This document shows positions 18,688-28,599 of a stretch of 64,000 nucleotides of DNA, one piece after another. Position 1 is the stretch's first letter; every line of letters starts with the position of its first letter. Source of the DNA: an uncultured Candidatus Saccharibacteria bacterium (GTDB lineage Bacteria; Patescibacteriota; UBA1384; XYA2-FULL-43-10; 1-14-0-10-43-13); assembly GCA_964364265.1 (NCBI GenBank), contig CAYILA010000001.1, forward strand, positions 6,808-70,807, in the 5' to 3' direction. Below the pieces are notes generated by a model. The model was given only the letters and a program-made list of their open reading frames with translations, was not told the DNA's origin and ran no database searches. A program made the position numbers and the translations under genes.

Positions 18688-18760
18688 TGTCATCCCGAGT
18701 GGTGAAGTTCTGGAATCGAGGGATCCCTCCACTTTCATAATCGCATCGGTCGGGATGACA
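18688..18760. mobile_element. cargo-less copy of the inverted-repeat pair that bounds the GIY-YIG gene at 9427-9771 (empty site or MITE-like element)
   Basis: tgtcatcccga...tcgggatgaca forms 11-bp perfect terminal inverted repeats. The interior carries ggaatcgagggatccctcc, matching the inner ends (ggaggaatc / gatccctcc) of the occupied element. Confidence 0.55.
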
Positions 18761-18806
18761 GATGTGTGGTTATTCAGAAATCTCTTGGCTTACTATATTA
18801 ACCTTG

Positions 18807-19427
18807 TTAGAACCAGCCCCGTTTTTTCTTGTTCTCGCTCTCTTTAATTTTCTGCCAGAGTTCTTTTTGCTCTTTGGAGATGTGATTTGGCATCTCGACT
18901 TTAATAGTAATAATCAGATCGCCCCGTTTTTGACCCTTGTAACTTTTGCCTTTGCCGGAGAACCGAAAGGAGGTTCCGGATTGGACGCCGGTCGGGATAT
19001 CAAATTGAATTTCCTGGCCGTCGAGAGATAACTTAATTTTATCTCCAAGAACGGCTTGGGCGGGGGAGATCCGGACTTCGGCTTGGACTTGGGAAAATGC
19101 CTGTCCGAAAAAATCTTCGAATATATCACCGAATCCGCCGAAACCGAAATTGCCAAAATCGAAGCCCTCGAACCCGCCGTATCCACCTGCGTTACCGGCG
19201 CCATTAGAAAAAGAAGCGCTTCCAAAACGGTCGTATTGAGCTCTTTTTTGCGGATCAGAGAGAATTTCGTAGGCGCGATTAATCTCTTTGAATTTTCTCT
19301 CTTCTTCTTTCCCTCCGCCGCGATCCGGGTGATATTCTAAGGCAAGCTTGCGATATGCTTTTTTAATTTCGTTTTGATCCGCATTTTTAGAGACGCCAAG
19401 AATTTCATATAAATCGTTGTCAGTCAT
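18807..19427 (-). CDS. dnaJ: J-domain protein (DnaJ-like, lacks the CxxCxGxG zinc-finger region)
   Basis: The N-terminal J domain reads DLYEILGV...YHPDR. It is followed by a G/F-rich region and a short C-terminal beta domain. No Cys repeats are present. Confidence 0.75.
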   Translation of the reverse strand: MTDNDLYEILGVSKNADQNEIKKAYRKLALEYHPDRGGGKEEERKFKEINRAYEILSDPQKRAQYDRFGSASFSNGAGNAGGYGGFEGFDFGNFGFGGFGDIFEDFFGQAFSQVQAEVRISPAQAVLGDKIKLSLDGQEIQFDIPTGVQSGTSFRFSGKGKSYKGQKRGDLIITIKVEMPNHISKEQKELWQKIKESENKKKRGWF

Positions 19428-19428
19428 T

Positions 19429-20118
19429 TTAATTACTTTTAGTAACGCTGGTTTCCTCGATTATTTGTCCGGAATTTGCATCGATATCTTTTGAAAAGGC
19501 GGCTGTGTCGTTTTTATATTCTACTGTCCAGGTGAGCCAATTTTTTGGCGCTTTGTGTCTTAGCAATAAAGTTACGGAAGAGGGGGAGTTTGCTTCCCGC
19601 CAATCCTTGCCGCCGTTTTTTTCGGCGATCTGGAGGGCGGTCACATAGTTGAATTTCCAAAGGGTGATATTGATCGGGATTAAGGTGCCAAGATAGTCGT
19701 CTTTTGGAATCAATGCTCTGATGTAGTTGGACGAGATTTCCGAAATAGTGATGGTCCAGTTATTGGCCTTATCGGAATCTGTGGCATAGACGAAACGGTC
19801 ATTTCCGGAGTTTGGCAGGAGTGAGCCGGGCAGAGTGACCTCCATGGCCACCAATTGATATTTTGAATTGACCAAGCCGGCTTTGCCGGCGGCCAAAGTC
19901 AACTCGTCTTTTATCTTCGAATCATAGTCGGTGGCGTCAATATTGGTTAGATTGACAATCTGCGTTGCCTCGGTTTGTTGGGCGGCATCTTGAGCTTGTT
20001 TGGCCTTGTCCTGCTGTCGTTTATCGACATAAGACCAAATAATCGAAGCCAAAATGGCAACTAAGAAAATCCCAATTACAATTGGACGTTTAAGAAATTC
20101 GTTCATTATTCCCTCCAA
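19429..20118 (-). CDS. hypothetical membrane-anchored protein inserted between dnaK and the dnaJ-like gene
   Basis: An N-terminal [20 protein letters not shown], then a Q/A-rich linker and a beta-rich domain. The stop abuts the start of the dnaJ-like gene. Confidence 0.5.
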   Translation of the reverse strand: MEGIMNEFLKRPIVIGIFLVAILASIIWSYVDKRQQDKAKQAQDAAQQTEATQIVNLTNIDATDYDSKIKDELTLAAGKAGLVNSKYQLVAMEVTLPGSLLPNSGNDRFVYATDSDKANNWTITISEISSNYIRALIPKDDYLGTLIPINITLWKFNYVTALQIAEKNGGKDWREANSPSSVTLLLRHKAPKNWLTWTVEYKNDTAAFSKDIDANSGQIIEETSVTKSN

Positions 20119-20178
20119 GAATCTTTAAGATTCTTACCGATATTTTATCTTAAACTGTCCATATTGTCCAACTGCCCG

Positions 20179-22038
20179 CTATTCAGATTTTTCAGCATCC
20201 TCTGTCTTTGGTTCCTCGGTTGGTTGATCTTTGGCAGATTGCTCGTACATTTTTGAGCCGAGCGCCTGCAGGGACTGGCTCAAGGCCTCGGTTTGGGTCT
20301 TAACCTCTTCGGTCTTGTCGCTACCGGTAATTTCCTTTAAGCTTTTAATCTTTTCCTCGACATCGCTTTTGAGGTTCGAATCGGCTTTATCGCCAAGGTC
20401 TCTTAGGGTTTTTTCGGCGGTATAAATTAATGTTTCGGCTTGGTTGTTTGCCTCAACCGATTCTTTTTTCTTCTTGTCCTCATCGGCATGTTCTTCGGCT
20501 TCCTTCTGCATTCTTTTTATTTCGTCGTCAGACAAACCGGAGGAACTGGTAATGGTGATTTTTTGCTCTTTGCCGGTGGCTTTGTCGGTCGCTTTTACAT
20601 GGACAATGCCGTTGGCATCGATATCAAATGAAACCTCGATTTGAGGAATACCGCGTGGTGCCGGAGGAATGCCGTCTAAGATAAACCGGCCCAGTGTTTT
20701 GTTGTCGGAAGCCATCTCCCGTTCGCCCTGCAAGACATGGATATCGACCTGGGTCTGATTGTCGGCGGCGGTGGAGAAAATCTGGGATTTATTAGTCGGA
20801 ATGGTGGTATTTTTCTCAATCAATTTTGTCGAAATACCGCCAAGGGTTTCGATACCCAAGGAAAGGGGGGTGACATCGAGTAAAAGAAGGTCTTTGACCT
20901 CGCCGCCCAGGATTCCGCCCTGAATGGCAGCGCCGATGGCGACCGCTTCATCCGGATTGATGGAATGGTTCGGTTCCTTATTAAAGAATTTCTTGACCGC
21001 TTCACGGACTGCCGGCATTCTGGTCTGCCCGCCGACCATGATCACTTCATTGATCTCGGAGGTTTTCAGTCCGGCATCTTTCAAAACGGTTTCACAGGGT
21101 TTCTTGGTTTTTTCAATCAGATCGGCGACAATCGATTCCAATTTTGCTCTAGTCAAAGTCATAGTCAAGTGCTTTGGTCCCGATGAGTCAGCCGTAATGA
21201 AAGGTAGATTAACCTCCGATTCATTGGCGGAAGAAAGTTCAATCTTTGCTTTCTCGGCCGCCTCCTTAACCCGCTGGAGGGCGGAATTGTCGTTGTGCAG
21301 GTCTACACCCTCATTTTTCTTAAACTCATCAATAATAAAGTCCATAATTTTTTGATCGAAGTCATCACCGCCAAGGTGGGTGTCGCCGTTGGTCGCCTTT
21401 ACCTCAAAGACGCCGTCGCCCAATTCTAAAATTGTGATATCAAAGGTCCCGCCGCCAAGGTCGTAGACGGCGATCTTTTCGTCTTTTTTCTTGTCCAAAC
21501 CGTAGGCCAAGGAAGCGGCGGTCGGTTCGTTGATGATTCTTTTGACATCCAGTCCGGCAATCTTGCCGGCGTCTTTGGTTGCCTGCCTCTGCGAGTCATT
21601 AAAATAGGCCGGGACGGTGATAACCGCTTCGGTAACTTTCTCTCCCAGATAAGTTTCGGCGTCAGTTTTTAATTTTTGAAGCACAAAAGCGGAAACTTCC
21701 TGCGGAGAATATTCCTTACCAGTCATCTCAACTCTTATCGAACCGTCAGAAGCCTTTCCGGTTTTGTAAGGAACCTTTTTGAAATCTTCTTTTACCTCTT
21801 TGTCCTCAAATTTTCGGCCGATAAATCTTTTAACCGAAGAAATAGTGTTTTCGGGATTAGTTACGGCTTGGCGCTTAGCCAAAAGACCGGTCAATCGCTC
21901 ACCTTTTTTTGTCTCGGTTACAATGGAGGGGGTAGTTCTGTTGCCCTCGGCGTTTGGAATAATTTTTGCTTCGCCGCCCTCCATAACGGCTACGGCTGAA
22001 AAGGTGGTCCCAAGATCGATACCAATTATTTTTCCCAT
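20179..22038 (-). CDS. dnaK: molecular chaperone DnaK (Hsp70)
   Basis: [18 protein letters not shown] and the other Hsp70 signatures, at full length. Confidence 0.97.
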   Translation of the reverse strand: MGKIIGIDLGTTFSAVAVMEGGEAKIIPNAEGNRTTPSIVTETKKGERLTGLLAKRQAVTNPENTISSVKRFIGRKFEDKEVKEDFKKVPYKTGKASDGSIRVEMTGKEYSPQEVSAFVLQKLKTDAETYLGEKVTEAVITVPAYFNDSQRQATKDAGKIAGLDVKRIINEPTAASLAYGLDKKKDEKIAVYDLGGGTFDITILELGDGVFEVKATNGDTHLGGDDFDQKIMDFIIDEFKKNEGVDLHNDNSALQRVKEAAEKAKIELSSANESEVNLPFITADSSGPKHLTMTLTRAKLESIVADLIEKTKKPCETVLKDAGLKTSEINEVIMVGGQTRMPAVREAVKKFFNKEPNHSINPDEAVAIGAAIQGGILGGEVKDLLLLDVTPLSLGIETLGGISTKLIEKNTTIPTNKSQIFSTAADNQTQVDIHVLQGEREMASDNKTLGRFILDGIPPAPRGIPQIEVSFDIDANGIVHVKATDKATGKEQKITITSSSGLSDDEIKRMQKEAEEHADEDKKKKESVEANNQAETLIYTAEKTLRDLGDKADSNLKSDVEEKIKSLKEITGSDKTEEVKTQTEALSQSLQALGSKMYEQSAKDQPTEEPKTEDAEKSE

Positions 22039-22071
22039 ATAATCCTTTCTTAATTCTTGTGATACAAATTA

Positions 22072-22101
22072 AAATGTAAAGTTTTCTTTACATTTTGTCA
22101 A
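22072..22101 (-). promoter_or_regulatory. sigma70-like promoter (TTGACA) of dnaK overlapping a 10-bp perfect palindrome AAATGTAAAG-N5-CTTTACATTT (candidate heat-shock operator; not CIRCE)
   Basis: Read on the minus strand: ttgaca aaatgtaaagaaaacttTACATTttaat ... ATG dnaK. The palindrome spans the spacer and the -10 element. Confidence 0.45.
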
Positions 22102-22153
22102 TGGTTAGGACACTTAAATCTAAAATTACGGCTACTATATTAAAAATCTTGTT

Positions 22154-22639
22154 TTAATCGTTTTTCTTGTTTTTGGAGATTTTGACTTTAGCAGCTCGCA
22201 AGACGGAACCACCGAAAAGATATCCTGGGGCCACTTCTTCCAAAATCAATCCGTCAGGTTTTTTCGACTTAATTTCTTCAACTGATTCATGCAACGCCGG
22301 ATTAAAATGCTCCCCTTCGGTTTTAATAACCTCCAATCCCTCTTTTTTTAAAATCGATTCCAGCTGTTTCTCGATATGTTTGATACCGACCGCCCAATTG
22401 TTTCGGGAAAGGTCCCCCGGCATATGTTGGGTCGCCAGATGGAAATTATCTAAAACCGAAAGGATTTGGGAAATTAGATCGGTGTTGGCGAATTTAATCA
22501 GCTCGATCCGGTCGGATGCAGTTTTATTTTTGAAATTGATAAAATCGGCCTGTGTTCTCTGCCAGCCGGAAGTCAGCTCGGAAATTTTCTTTTCCAGCTC
22601 TTCAATATTTTGTTCAAGGTTTTGCTTTTCTTTTTTCAT
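22154..22639 (-). CDS. grpE: nucleotide exchange factor GrpE
   Basis: An N-terminal coiled coil and the GrpE C-terminal domain, upstream of dnaK on the same strand. Confidence 0.85.
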   Translation of the reverse strand: MKKEKQNLEQNIEELEKKISELTSGWQRTQADFINFKNKTASDRIELIKFANTDLISQILSVLDNFHLATQHMPGDLSRNNWAVGIKHIEKQLESILKKEGLEVIKTEGEHFNPALHESVEEIKSKKPDGLILEEVAPGYLFGGSVLRAAKVKISKNKKND

Positions 22640-22704
22640 AATTTGGTTTTAAATTATCAGCAGAACATATGATATGATATTTTTAATATTTTGACAAGGG
22701 TTTA

Positions 22705-24243
22705 ATGGATAAAAAAATTAAAAGTATAATTCTGCCGGACCAATTTAAATATTTGGCCATCTCTTTTTTGTTAGGGATCGCTTTTTCAACCGCCGTCTCC
22801 TCGATCAACCAAAACATCTTGCACGACCTTTTCTTGATAACCTGCCTATTTCTGTTTGTCCTCTTTATTAATCATGTTCAAAAAAACAGCAAGATCGCAT
22901 TTGTCGCAGCGGTGTTATTCTCCCTATTTTTAGGATACGGAACGAGCGAGTTGCACAAAAATAAAAATCAATATGAATGGCCGTATGATCGTTCGGGCCT
23001 AATTTCCGGACAGATCATAAATCGCCCGATTATTAAAGAGACAAGACAGGAAATGATATTGGAAACCGATAGCGTCAAGATCGATGATCAATCGATCCGG
23101 CAAACCGGCAACAAACCAAAGATTTTGGTTTATCTGCCGAAATATCCAATCTACAACTATGGCGATCAGGTCGAGGTCTCCGGCAAAATTATCAAACCTG
23201 AAAAATTTGAAGATTTTAATTTTGAAAATTATTTAAAGAAATATCCGGCTCGGGCTTATATCAAAGAAACAAGTTCGGTTGAAAAAACGGGAAGCAACAC
23301 AAGCATCGCCACTCTTTTGATTGGTTCGCTTTATTCCTTTTCCGGTCGGATTGAGAAATCATTATCCTCGATTTTGCCGGAACCGGAGGCCTCTTTTGCG
23401 GCCGGATTGGTGCTTGGCCAGAAAACCAATTTACCAAAATATCTTTTAGCAAACTTGCAAATTACCGGCACAACCCACCTGATTGCCCTCTCCGGTTACA
23501 ATGTAACAATTATTATCAACGCTTTGGTTTTATTGCTTTCACCGTTTTTAAATAAAAGATGGCTCTTGGTCATGGGTGGTTTTTTGGTTTTATTCTTTAT
23601 TATTATGACCGGATTATCGCCTTCGGTGGTGCGGGCGGCGATATTCTCTTTGCTATTGATATTCGGAAAGACAATCGGCCGGAAAGCGAATCAGGTCAAT
23701 CTTATGCTGTTGGCGGCGGTTGCGATGGTCATTTTTAATCCGAATTTGCTATTATACGACATCGGCTTTCAATTATCCTTCGCCGCTTTCTCTGGAATAA
23801 TTATCATTTCACCGCTAATAGATCGATTTGTTTTGAAAACCAAACTGGTTGATTGGCCGGCTTATATTACCAAAACTTTTTCCGAAACTCTTTCGGCTCA
23901 ACTGGCGGTGATGCCGATCATTGTTTTTTCATTTAAAATTGTTTCCCTGATTTCTCCAATTGCTAATTTAGCGGTTCTTTGGATAATCCCCTGGGCGATG
24001 TTTTTGGTATTTATCGGAATCGCTTTGTCATTAATCTGGCTTCCGCTTGGCAAGATTTCGATTATCGTAATCTGGCCGGTTTTGAAATCAATAATCTTTA
24101 TTATCAATTTGTTCTCGAGAATTCCTTTGGCTTCATTTTCTGTTCAAAACGAATCGGTTTATAAGGGATTGTCATATTTGATTCTGGCTTTCGTAATCAT
24201 CATAATTATCAGAGCAAAAAAGAAATATGAAAAAATTATATAG
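22705..24243 (+). CDS. comEC: ComEC/Rec2-like DNA internalization channel (membrane domain only)
   Basis: An N-terminal DUF4131-like region and the competence domain HLIALSGYNVTII, with many TMs. It lacks the MBL domain, which is encoded by the next ORF. Confidence 0.7.
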   Translation: MDKKIKSIILPDQFKYLAISFLLGIAFSTAVSSINQNILHDLFLITCLFLFVLFINHVQKNSKIAFVAAVLFSLFLGYGTSELHKNKNQYEWPYDRSGLISGQIINRPIIKETRQEMILETDSVKIDDQSIRQTGNKPKILVYLPKYPIYNYGDQVEVSGKIIKPEKFEDFNFENYLKKYPARAYIKETSSVEKTGSNTSIATLLIGSLYSFSGRIEKSLSSILPEPEASFAAGLVLGQKTNLPKYLLANLQITGTTHLIALSGYNVTIIINALVLLLSPFLNKRWLLVMGGFLVLFFIIMTGLSPSVVRAAIFSLLLIFGKTIGRKANQVNLMLLAAVAMVIFNPNLLLYDIGFQLSFAAFSGIIIISPLIDRFVLKTKLVDWPAYITKTFSETLSAQLAVMPIIVFSFKIVSLISPIANLAVLWIIPWAMFLVFIGIALSLIWLPLGKISIIVIWPVLKSIIFIINLFSRIPLASFSVQNESVYKGLSYLILAFVIIIIIRAKKKYEKII

Positions 24244-25096
24244 GATAATATTTCCCTTAATTATCATCATAACGATATTTGTTTGGACCGAGATAGCCAA
24301 AAGTCCGGAGGGGGATGCCCTAAGTGTCTATTTTCTTAATGTCGGACAGGGCGATGCGGTTTTAATCCAGAAAAACGATCAGGAGATTCTAATTGACGGG
24401 GGACCTAGCGGCGAAATCGCAAATATTTTAGGAGGTATCTTAAAATCAACCGATAGAAAGATTGAGACCGTAATTTTGACCCATCCCCACTCCGACCATT
24501 TGGCCGGCATCAATAAAATAATCGATCATTACGAGATCGGTCAGATTTACTTTACGGGCGCGATACATACCTCTAATCAATATCTTGAATTTTTGGAAAA
24601 AGTGAAAAATAAAAATATTAAATTGACTGTTCCGGCAATCAATGAACAAAAAAATTTCCTGCCAAATTCAAGCATCACATTCTTATGGCCGGGGGATCAA
24701 TTCAGCCAAAAAACGGTGGAGAATTTGAACGATACCTCTTTAATTTCTCAATTTTGTTATTTCAAACAATGCCTGTTTGCCCCGGGCGATGCCGAAGTCA
24801 GGGGGCAGAATGAAATGTTTTCCTATTATGAGAAAAATTTTCCCGATTTTAATTTTCACTCGATACTATTAAAAGTCTCTCATCACGGTTCAAGCAATGC
24901 CGCCAACCCAAAATTGTATGAAAAAGTATTACCAAAGTACTCGATTATTTCGGTCGGAGAGGGGAACACCTACGGACATCCCCATCCCTCCAGTTTAGAG
25001 CTTGCTAAGAATTTTAATAGCCAGATTCTTAGAACCGATACGGAGGGAACCGTAAGATTTATTTTGACACAAGAGGGAGTAGTGCAAAACCCCTGA
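24227..25096 (+). CDS. metallo-beta-lactamase fold protein (ComEC C-terminal-domain-like, encoded separately)
   Basis: LTHPHSDHLAG, the HxHxDH motif, plus a signal/TM N-terminus. It lies immediately downstream of the ComEC membrane-domain gene. Confidence 0.7.
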   Translation: MKKLYRIIFPLIIIITIFVWTEIAKSPEGDALSVYFLNVGQGDAVLIQKNDQEILIDGGPSGEIANILGGILKSTDRKIETVILTHPHSDHLAGINKIIDHYEIGQIYFTGAIHTSNQYLEFLEKVKNKNIKLTVPAINEQKNFLPNSSITFLWPGDQFSQKTVENLNDTSLISQFCYFKQCLFAPGDAEVRGQNEMFSYYEKNFPDFNFHSILLKVSHHGSSNAANPKLYEKVLPKYSIISVGEGNTYGHPHPSSLELAKNFNSQILRTDTEGTVRFILTQEGVVQNP

Positions 25097-25158
25097 TCGT
25101 ATTGAAAATGAAGCCGTTTTCGCCTAGACTAAGTTTTGGGTATTAACTGGAATTAATT

Positions 25159-25884
25159 ATGTCCGGACACAGCAAGTGGGCGACTACTAAACGGAAAAAG
25201 GCAGCTATTGATGCCAAAAGAGCGAAAATTTTTACAAAAATTGCTCATCTTATTACTATTGCGGCAAAAAACGGAAAAAGCGGAGATGTAAACTTTAATC
25301 CCTCCCTTCGAATGGCGGTTGATAATGCCAGGGCAATCAGCATGCCAAAAGAGAATATTGAAAAAGCGATCAAGCGGGGCTTGGGCGACGGCACAAGCAA
25401 CAATTTGGAGGAGATTAGTTACGAGGCCTACGGGCCTTATGGAATCGGAATGATTATCGAAGGTTTAACCGATAATAGAAACAGGACCGTCTCGGAGATT
25501 AAAAATGTCCTAAATAAATACGGGGGAACTCTGGCCGGAAGCGGCAATGTCGCTTATCAGTTTTCCAAAATCGGCGAAATCTCGATTGATACCAGTAAGA
25601 ATTCAGTTGATGAGGATACCATTGAATCGGCAATTTTAAATTCCGGGGCGGACGATTATGACGAGGAGGAAGGGTTTTTTGTGATAAGGACGAAATTTTC
25701 CGATCTGCATCAAGTTAAGGAGAAATTGGAATCGACCGGCCTGGTCATCGATTCTTCGGAGGCCGTCTTGATTCCGAATAATCCGGTTTCGCTTGAAAAA
25801 TCAGAGCATGAAAAAATCGAAGAACTGATTGAGAAAATTGAGGAACAGGAAGACATTACAAATGTTTATATTACTCTGGCATAA
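25159..25884 (+). CDS. yebC: YebC/PmpR family DNA-binding transcriptional regulator
   Basis: MSGHSKWATTKRKKAAIDAKRAKIFTKI is the canonical YebC N-terminus. Confidence 0.9.
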   Translation: MSGHSKWATTKRKKAAIDAKRAKIFTKIAHLITIAAKNGKSGDVNFNPSLRMAVDNARAISMPKENIEKAIKRGLGDGTSNNLEEISYEAYGPYGIGMIIEGLTDNRNRTVSEIKNVLNKYGGTLAGSGNVAYQFSKIGEISIDTSKNSVDEDTIESAILNSGADDYDEEEGFFVIRTKFSDLHQVKEKLESTGLVIDSSEAVLIPNNPVSLEKSEHEKIEELIEKIEEQEDITNVYITLA

Positions 25885-25892
25885 AGAATTAA

Positions 25893-26390
25893 ATGACAGA
25901 AATTGAGTCAAAAATAATTTTAGGTATTGACCCCGGGACCAATATTATCGGTTGGGGAGTAGTTAAAAAAGAGGGAAGTAAATTTATCGCTCTTAAATTT
26001 GGTTGCGTAAATGTAAAAAGCAAGACCGATCCGGGGGACGGTCTTTTGCTTATATACGAGGCGATTTCTGATATAATTAAGAAGGAAAAGCCTTCTGAAA
26101 TGGCTATTGAGCGGTTGTTTTTTTTTCGGAACCAAAAAACGGTAATGAGCGTGGCTGAAGCAAGGGGGGTGGTAATCCTATCCGCTAAAAAGAATAAAAT
26201 TCCGGTTTTTGAATACACACCGCTTCAGATTAAACAAGCGGTATCCGGTTATGGTCGGGCCGATAAGAAACAAATCCAGGAGATGATTAAATTAACCTTT
26301 GGCCTGAAAGAATCTCCCAAGCCGGATGATGTCGCCGATGCCTTGGCGGTGGCGGTCTGTCACGCCAGCACAAATCAGAAAATAAGATAA
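25893..26390 (+). CDS. ruvC: crossover junction endodeoxyribonuclease RuvC
   Basis: ILGIDPGTNIIGWGVV, the catalytic D7 region, an RNase H-like fold and the C-terminal DDVADALAVA. Confidence 0.9.
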   Translation: MTEIESKIILGIDPGTNIIGWGVVKKEGSKFIALKFGCVNVKSKTDPGDGLLLIYEAISDIIKKEKPSEMAIERLFFFRNQKTVMSVAEARGVVILSAKKNKIPVFEYTPLQIKQAVSGYGRADKKQIQEMIKLTFGLKESPKPDDVADALAVAVCHASTNQKIR

Positions 26391-26484
26391 GAGATAAGAG
26401 ATAAGAGATAAAAGTTGAAAAGATAAACGATGAGCGGATTTTCATCTTAAATCTCATATCTTCTATCTTCTATCTTCTATCTCT
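26381..26484. repeat. two blocks of tandem heptamer repeats, (GATAAGA)x3.5 and (ATCTTCT)x3.5, flanking the ruvC/galT-like intergenic region
   Basis: Seen directly. The blocks are near-inverse of each other but do not form a clean hairpin. Confidence 0.6.
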
Positions 26485-26500
26485 AAAAACGGAGGCAAGA

Positions 26501-27493
26501 GTGCCGCAACTTAGACAAAATATTATAACCGGGGACTGGGTGGTGATCGCGCCAGAACGATCCAAAAGACCGCAAGATTTTATTATCCCCAAGGGCGTAA
26601 AAGTTACCGAAAAAGATAAATGTCCCTTTTGTCTTGGATTGGCAGGAGCCAAAGAGAACCAAAAAGTCCATATGCACTCCACCCCGAATATTTATGTAAT
26701 TGAGAACCGGTATCCGGCCTTTATTCAAAAAGAATCGGAGGCCGGCGCCAGAAGTTTTTATCCGGAAGAGGGTTTTTACCGCGCTCGCGCCTCGATAGGC
26801 GATCATGAGGTAGTCATAATTAAAGATCACGACACCTCTTTACCGGAATTTTCCAAAGATCTGATGAGCGAGATGTTTGAGGTAATCAGGGAACGGTATC
26901 TTTGGATGCAAAAAAATGAAAAAGTGGTCTCGATTATGCCGATATATAACCACGGCGCCGAAGCGGGCGCCTCGATCGAGCACCCTCACGCCCAGATATT
27001 TGCTTCCGGAATCGTGGCTAACACGGTCGGCGAGGAGATGGATGGAGCTGACAAATATTACGGAATCAATGGGGCTTGTGTCTACTGTGATATTGTAAAA
27101 CACGAAATAAAACAAAAGGCCAGATTAGTCGATGAAAATGAAAACTTTATAGCCATCAATTTTTATGCTTCAAGATTTCCATTTGAAACTTGGATAATGC
27201 CTAAAAAACATGAGAGCCAATTCGAGTTGACCGGCAAAACCAGTATGGATGAGCTGGCTTCGATTTTGACGAATGTGCTCAAAAAAATCAACAAAACGAT
27301 TGACAATCCGCCCCTAAACTTCTATATTCATACATTACCCACCATATTGGAAGATTCCGCCTCTTACCACTGGCACTTGGAAATTGTGCCTCGGGTTTCT
27401 AATTACGGCGGGTTCGAACTTGGCAGCGAGGTAGTCATCAATGTGATGTCGCCGGAGGAGGCGACCAGGTATTTGGCCGGGTCTAACAATTAA
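26501..27493 (+). CDS. galactose-1-phosphate uridylyltransferase-like nucleotidyltransferase (GalT branch of the HIT superfamily)
   Basis: A CPFC zinc motif in the N-terminal half and the histidine-triad-like HPHAQIF, with a duplicated half-domain architecture. Confidence 0.65.
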   Translation: MPQLRQNIITGDWVVIAPERSKRPQDFIIPKGVKVTEKDKCPFCLGLAGAKENQKVHMHSTPNIYVIENRYPAFIQKESEAGARSFYPEEGFYRARASIGDHEVVIIKDHDTSLPEFSKDLMSEMFEVIRERYLWMQKNEKVVSIMPIYNHGAEAGASIEHPHAQIFASGIVANTVGEEMDGADKYYGINGACVYCDIVKHEIKQKARLVDENENFIAINFYASRFPFETWIMPKKHESQFELTGKTSMDELASILTNVLKKINKTIDNPPLNFYIHTLPTILEDSASYHWHLEIVPRVSNYGGFELGSEVVINVMSPEEATRYLAGSNN

Positions 27494-27505
27494 TTTAGAG
27501 TAATA

Positions 27506-28525
27506 ATGGCTTATCTCGACGGACTTGAAAAATATATTGGCGGCCTTTTGGAGAAAAACAATCTTAATTGCGAGGTATCGGTTGATAAGCTGGTAAGAGA
27601 AGCGCTCCGGAAAACGAAGAATTATTTTACCGAGCTTTGCAGGGATTCAAAGGGAAAAGAGTGTTTTTTGAAAGTGACAATGCGCGCCGAGGATGAGTTT
27701 AAAAAAACTCTTTTTGGTGAAATTGCTTCGATAAGGTTACTCTCTGAACGTAATTTTAGCTCGTTCTACGCGCCGAAAATCTTGAACGAGGGCGGAGAGG
27801 GAAACGGCTGGTATATCAGAGAAGTGTGTCAGGGGGAGATAATCGCCGATCCTTTTGTTATCGATAAACATTATTTTAAAGGCATCAACCGCTACGCGAA
27901 CGACACATTGCTTTTTTTAATTGAGCTTTCGGGAATTAATTTAAAAAACCAATATTTTAGTAAAATTAATTCTTTTTCAAGCAAACAGGGTTATTTAGAG
28001 GCGATCAGCGTGAATGCCGAGGTGATTAATCGGATTTTGCCTAATTTTGATAGCCGAGCTGCACAAATATTTTCCAATTATGATTTTCCGGAGCGCGAGA
28101 ATATGGTTTTATCCCATGGCGACTGTCATTTTGGAAATCTTATTTTTGGCCGAAAATTGGGCGTGGTTGATTGGGGAATCCACTGGGGCAATATTGCTGA
28201 AGATTTTGCCAAAGTCTGGACCTCTTTATGGCAATTTCCAGAAATACAAGCTCGATTATATGACCACTTTAGAGGCAGTTTGTCTGAAATCCACAAAAAA
28301 AGTTTCAAATCTTGCTTTTTGCCGATGGTAATATATCAGGGAGCCAATAAATTAAAGAGATTAATTTTAGCTTCAGAAAATGCCAAGCTTGACAGATATC
28401 CAGCCGGAGTCGCCAAAGACGGAGCGGATAATTTTATAAAGCTTTTTAGCGAAGTAATATCGGGACAAAGCAAGGATTGGGATAAGTATAGTACAGGAAG
28501 GATTAGAAAATACGACCGATATTGA
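27506..28525 (+). CDS. protein kinase-like fold phosphotransferase (APH/CotS/choline-kinase-like)
   Basis: SHGDCHFGNLIF matches the HGDxHxxN catalytic loop, and VDWG is the DxG-like metal-binding motif. Confidence 0.5.
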   Translation: MAYLDGLEKYIGGLLEKNNLNCEVSVDKLVREALRKTKNYFTELCRDSKGKECFLKVTMRAEDEFKKTLFGEIASIRLLSERNFSSFYAPKILNEGGEGNGWYIREVCQGEIIADPFVIDKHYFKGINRYANDTLLFLIELSGINLKNQYFSKINSFSSKQGYLEAISVNAEVINRILPNFDSRAAQIFSNYDFPERENMVLSHGDCHFGNLIFGRKLGVVDWGIHWGNIAEDFAKVWTSLWQFPEIQARLYDHFRGSLSEIHKKSFKSCFLPMVIYQGANKLKRLILASENAKLDRYPAGVAKDGADNFIKLFSEVISGQSKDWDKYSTGRIRKYDRY

Positions 28526-28599
28526 AAAAAAGAGCGGTTTCGGCTACAATAATGCCGCCATAAAGTATTAGTTTATTAAAAGGCGGGAAGAGATCTAGA

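Noticed and set aside
22040-22150. CIRCE/HrcA operator upstream of dnaK
   Set aside because: No TTAGCACTC-N9-GAGTGCTAA was found. A different palindrome is present instead and is reported as a finding.
26381-26484. Possible CRISPR array from the heptamer repeats
   Set aside because: The units are 7 nt and directly tandem with no spacers, far from CRISPR geometry. No cas genes are nearby. The Cas4-like gene at 47606 is 21 kb away and has no array.
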